Shown: piece by piece, positions 58,920 through 64,000 of the stretch
Position numbering within the stretch: the first letter of the stretch is position 1
Layout of the letters: each line of letters begins with the position of its first letter
Assembly: GCA_964016885.1 (NCBI GenBank)
Contig: OZ024749.1
Coordinates: forward strand, 12,214,001 to 12,278,000
Direction: 5' to 3'
Length of the DNA stretch: 64,000 nucleotides
Source: Eledone cirrhosa
Lineage: Eukaryota
The notes under the pieces: generated by a model
What the model was told of the DNA's origin: nothing
The model's database searches: none
Seen by the model: the letters and a program-made list of their open reading frames with translations, nothing else
Position numbers and translations under genes: made by a program

Positions 58920-61900
58920 TGGGAAAACCTATGGCTGCATCATGCACGGGGACATTCAAATAATTGGGGGGTTGGATACCCAATCGCACAGTTAAACCAC
59001 TGGGAGTGAAGGACCCTAGCCTTTGTCAGAGTATTCTTCGAGAAGGCAACTCAGGAAACTGGGATAACTCCGATATAAAACCTGCAGCTCAGTAGTTACC
59101 GATGATGTTGATCTTTTCTTCTTTTCTGGTTATAGCTACTCTCGCTCAGAGAGTGGGACTGGCTCAGTGCAATCTTTCCTCACTTTAAAAAAATCTTCAT
59201 GCACATTAATAACATTAATTAATAATTATTAATAATGTTATTATTTATAAGATCTCAACTGAACGGTTGGCTGGTTGTAGCCTTAAAAAGCAACCAATCA
59301 ATGATGTCCCAAAACAGTATAAAAGTAAATGGCAATAAGGGCTCTGGAACCACACCAGGTGAAAGGGTCTGGCCTGGTAGGGTCCCTAGGGCATCACAGT
59401 CTGGACCCGGCCATCATCGTGCCACTGTGATAGAACCAATAAAACTTAAGACAAACCAAACATTGAACATTGGCTGCTTGACAGTGATTCCTCAGAACAT
59501 CCTAAATGAAGGACTGCTCTTGTTGCGAAGGAGCTTCATCATTATGATCTTGACATCATTGCTTTAACTGAGACGAGGTTAGTTGGAGATGGTCATCTTA
59601 CAGAATATTGCAGAAAATATACATTCTTTTGGAAAGGGAGCGATGAAGGGATTAGAAGAGAGGCTGGAGTAGCATTTGCTGTTAAGACTGCTCTTGTGGA
59701 TAAGTTGGAAGAATTCCCAGTGGGGATTAGTGAGAATTCCGCTGGACAAAGGAAGGTATACGACCCTGGTGAGTGTGTATGCTCCAACTATGAATTCTGT
59801 TGAGAAAAAAGTATCTTTCTACCATGGTGTTATGAGAAATATCCCTCAGGCAGACAAAGCCACCGTGCTTGGTGACTTTAATACTTGAGTAGGTAGGGAT
59901 TTTAATACATGGACTGTAATTGGAAGGCATAGGGTGGAAAAGTGTAACAGCAATGGTATGCTTCTGCTGCAGATGTGAGGAGCTGGATCTGTGAGTTACT
60001 AACACTATGTTTCAGCAAAAGAATGTTTAAGACCACATAGATGCACCCTGCATCTAAAGAATGGCATCTTCTGGACTACGTCTTTGTCAGGGTGCATGAC
60101 AGATGGGATGTGCAGTATGTTTGTGTTCTTCGTGGGGCTGATTGTTGGACAGACCACTGCCTGGTATGTGCAAAAGTGGAATTAATTACAAAACGTAAAG
60201 TTCAGGCTCCTTGTGTTACCCTGCCTAGAAGACTGAATGTTGCTCGTCTTAGGCAGAATAGTGTTAAGAGGACATTGCGAGAAGAGATGCATGTTGCAGA
60301 TATTGGTGAGGATTGGCCAACCCTTAAAAAGTTGGTTTATGATGTAGGCCAGCGTGTTCTGGGATTGGTGCAGAGAAAGCATCAAGACTGGTTTAAAGAA
60401 AATGATGAACATATACATGAAATGTTGGCTGATAAGAGGCGTGCTCTGTCACGCTACTTGGCAGCAAAACCACAGAAGAATGTGTTGCATAAGGAACTCA
60501 AGGATATGAAATCACATGTGAGGCAGAGACCCTCTCAGATGAAAGATAAGTGGTGGAGTGAGAAGGCTGATGAGGTACAAGCTGCATCAGATTCCAATAA
60601 CACAAAGCTGTTGTACAATCTCTCACGTGAAATTTATGGACCGTCTTCTCTGGTGACACCGCTTCGCAGCAGGGATGGCAAGGAACTTCTTTGTGACTCT
60701 CAGGAAATTCTGCAAAGATGGCAAGAGCACCTTGATGAGCTTTTGAATCAGCCATCTGTCATCAATGAAGATTCCTCAATCTCATTCCTTAAAAGCCTGT
60801 GAAAGCAGCTCTTGCAGAACCACCAACGTTTGAGGAGGTTGCAGTAGCTATCTCGAAGGTCTGCAGGTATGGATGGCATACATGCAGAGCTCTTACAATA
60901 CAGTAGCGAAAAATTTCTGCGACATCTTCACTCATTGTTTGGAAGAATACAGGCTAGTGAATCCGTACCTGAGGACTGGACAGATGCAGTAATGGTAGTC
61001 TTGTACAAGGGAAAGGGTAACAAGAATGATTGTGGAAACTACAGAGGTATATCATTGCTTTCTGTCGTAGGAAAAATTTTATGTAGGGTGCTTCTGGACC
61101 ATCTGCTGACACACATTGCAGATTGTGTTCTTCCTGAAAGTCAATCTGGTTTTCGTGCTGGACGCAGCACTACTGATATGATCTTCTCAGCTAGACAGCT
61201 CCAAGAGAAGTGCATGGAACAACGCTTGGATCTGTATCAGGTTTTCATCGATCTGACAAAAACTTTCGATACTGTTAACAGAGATGCATTATGGAAGGTT
61301 CTCCAGAAACTTGTTTGCCCTGATAAGTTCCTTGCTTTGGTTAGGTATTTTCATGATGACATGAAGGCTTTGGTTAATGTCAAAGGTAACATGTCGGAGC
61401 CTATCTCAGTAAAAAATGGAGCGAAACAGGGGAATATTCCAGCACCAACCCTATTTGCCATATATTTTACGATGGTTTTCTATGTTGCATTCAGGAAATG
61501 CAAGCAAGGTGTTTACATCTACTATTGAACCTTTGGCAGCATATTTAACATCAGGCGCTTTGCTGCAAAAACAAAAGTATTTACCTCTATCATAAGAGAC
61601 CTCTTGTATGCAGCTGATTGCGATCATAGCACACAAGAGATTGATATACAACACATTTTGAATGCATTTTTTTATGCTTGCACTGTGCTAGGATTGACTG
61701 TCTATCTCAATAAACCATTGTCATGTACCAACCTGCCCCTGGTAAGCAGTACAATGAACCAAATATCTATGTGTATGGCAATCTTGATAATGAAATTCCA
61801 CACAGGATTAGGAAAGCAAGTGATGCTTTCGGAAAGGTAGAAAAGCGCCTCTGGGGTCGGCGAGACATATGAAAGAAGACAAAGGTAAAGTGTACAAGGC

Positions 61901-62015
61901 ATGTGTGCTCTCTTCTTTTCTTTATGCCTGCGGGACCTGGGTCACATATCAACACCACCTTAAACGGTTGGAACATTTCCATCAAATGTGTCTCAGACGG
62001 ATCCATGGCGTTCGT
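58920..62015 (+). mobile_element. Decayed RTE (BovB-like) LINE: 5' UTR, APE endonuclease and RT, 3'-truncated
   Basis: LNIGC, DIIAL.ETR, GVAFAVK, VYAPT, LGDFN, HLLDYV, DCWTDH, NYRGISLLS, ESQSGFR, LYAAD; many frameshifts. Confidence 0.9.
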
Positions 62016-62177
62016 TGAATGGTTCTCAGCTGCTGTTTTTAGCAGTCATTTGGTCCATTCACATCATCATGGGCTCTATACTTATACTAGTTATCTAATA
62101 GATTTTTAGAAGTGTGGATCATATTGCCATCAACAGTAAGAATTTACACTTTATTTGTAGTGAAACATGTTATAGAG

Positions 62178-62481
62178 CAGAGGTCACCAACCCCCGGCCA
62201 GTGAAGGCCTTTGTCCTGCCCACGAGGGTTCTAAAAGGGGTACAGTTTGCAATAAATTCGCACCCGATCTATCGATATTGCCAAATAAAACAATGTTTAA
62301 ATCTATTTTTCTGCTTGGGACAGCTCTAAGTATCAATATTGAATTTTATTTCAAATCTAACATAAGGGATAAATAAATGATTACTTATTTGTATATAAGT
62401 AATATTAATTGTGCATCCGGCCCGCAGAGCCACCGCTGCATGGCTATCCGGCCCGCGGACCCAAAAGGTTGGGGTCCCCTG
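62178..62481. mobile_element. hAT MITE
   Basis: TIRs CAGAGGTCACCAACC / GGTTGGGGTCCCCTG; TSD TTATAGAG/TTATAGTT. Confidence 0.75.
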
Positions 62482-63339
62482 TTATAGTTATAAACAGATG
62501 GTTTGTACATTTTAATATATTCTTTTAAATGATATGTATTCTCCATTCCGTTCATAGACAATATGTTTTTTCACCCTGGTGGTATTCTATCCCCTATAAT
62601 TGAACACATACATCTTTGTATATTTTTCTATATATACTGTCTCATAAATAGCCCAGAATCTATTCCTTGAGCTCATTAAATTATAGGGCAGGTAAAATTC
62701 CCAAGATTAGTTCTCTTTAGTGGCTGATAATACCTTATTGGCGCCACTCAAATAAGGTAATTATTTAACCCATAAATGGGGCCCTAACAGGTACTACTAC
62801 TCAGGGCCAGAGCAGACCTGGGAGTGATATCAGCTAAGGGGTAACTCCACATTGCCCACAGTTCCTGAACTCCCAAACTGGAGCCTTGCCACTGGATGTA
62901 GTTTAATGTCATACCCAGGACCCTTAATAATAAATTATGTCGGATAATAGGGGATAAAATTTAGTGTGTGAGGCTCCTAAGAAGCAGGTACACCTGTTGA
63001 AAAACTCCTGCGTCTATTATGATTCTTCACATTTTTTTTATAGTGAAACATAAAATATATATATATATATATATATTAAGTATGTGTTGTATATATTATA
63101 CCAATATATGTATAGTGTATATCGTTATAGTGGAGGTATGTACAGCTTGATTATTTTATTAATTTGTATTTACCGCTCCATCTGTAGTTTTTATCTGCTT
63201 CACCAGGGTAGAACTTTATTCTCTATTACCTGACATACTTTATGTGTCTTCTCTCATTGCTATGATTTATAATGAGCTCGGTCTCTCTTCCTTGATCATA
63301 GGGGATTTATTGTGAGATTCTAACTCTTTATTATATATA

Positions 63340-63656
63340 TGGCTTAGTGGTTAGAGCATTGGCCTTGCAATCGAAAGGTTGTGAGTTCAATTCTCAGACA
63401 GGGTGATGTGTTGTTTCCTTGAGCAAGACACTTTATTTCACACTGCTCCAGTTTACTCAGCTGTAGAAATGAGATGATAGGGACTGTAAAGTGATCATGT
63501 AGGTGCCATGGCAAAAAAGCACCCAGCACTCACTGTAAATGAGGTTGGTGTTAGGAAGGGCATCCAGCTGTAGAAATCAAGCCAGAATCAGTTCCCGTCC
63601 CACTTTTGCAAGCAGGGAAAAAGCGAACGTAAAATGAAATGAATGAAATGAAATGA
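63340..63656 (+). mobile_element. tRNA-derived SINE, same family as 52903-53249
   Basis: Near-identical head and tail; (GAAAT)n end. Confidence 0.88.
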
Positions 63657-64000
63657 TATATATATAATAAAGAGTTAGAAAATTTTATTTTTAATTCTAT
63701 TTTATATATTTTTTATTCCCTTGACTACCATTCTGTATATGCTTGTGATTAGATTTGTTATAGACTCATCCTTTACCTAGATGTCCCAGATATATTATAC
63801 TTTCCATTAAGTAAATACTCTATCGCATATTTACCATTAACTATATGTATATTTATTAGATTGTTTTCATATTCCTTGACTTTAGCATTAACCTCACTAG
63901 TATGGAGAACTAGGAATACATGGCATATATTTCAACACCAGCTGGCGGTGGGGACCCTTCTAGCTGCACCTGGGGCGCCCAGGTCTGTCCACCTCTTGGA

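Overview
AT-rich, repeat-dominated animal genomic DNA. The SINE/LINE repertoire and (TACA/TA)n load suggest an octopus-like cephalopod (inference). Two host genes are visible, both on the minus strand. One is the first coding exon (myristoylation motif, unique region, SH3) of a Src42A/Frk-type tyrosine kinase at 35090-35502; no downstream exon is recognisable in the 35 kb to its left. The other is a single-exon peptidase C45 (tan / acyl-CoA:6-APA acyltransferase-like Ntn hydrolase) at 56086-57279. The first ~20 kb is a chain of young, 5'-truncated retroelements of several clades (R4/Dong RLE LINE, CR1-group LINE, Penelope-like, RTE with C2H2 fingers, an RTE-derived short element), almost all bounded by purine-pyrimidine microsatellite tracts up to 4 kb. 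The rest holds three large minisatellite arrays (62, 67 and 58 bp units) traceable to dispersed repeats in this same window, non-autonomous Helitrons, hAT MITEs, a decayed Buster-type hAT, many SINEs and RTE fragments, and ORF-less fold-back repeats carrying intact minimal type I hammerhead ribozyme motifs (38788-38852, 42418-42483). Long YI/HT/VCM ORFs are microsatellite artefacts.
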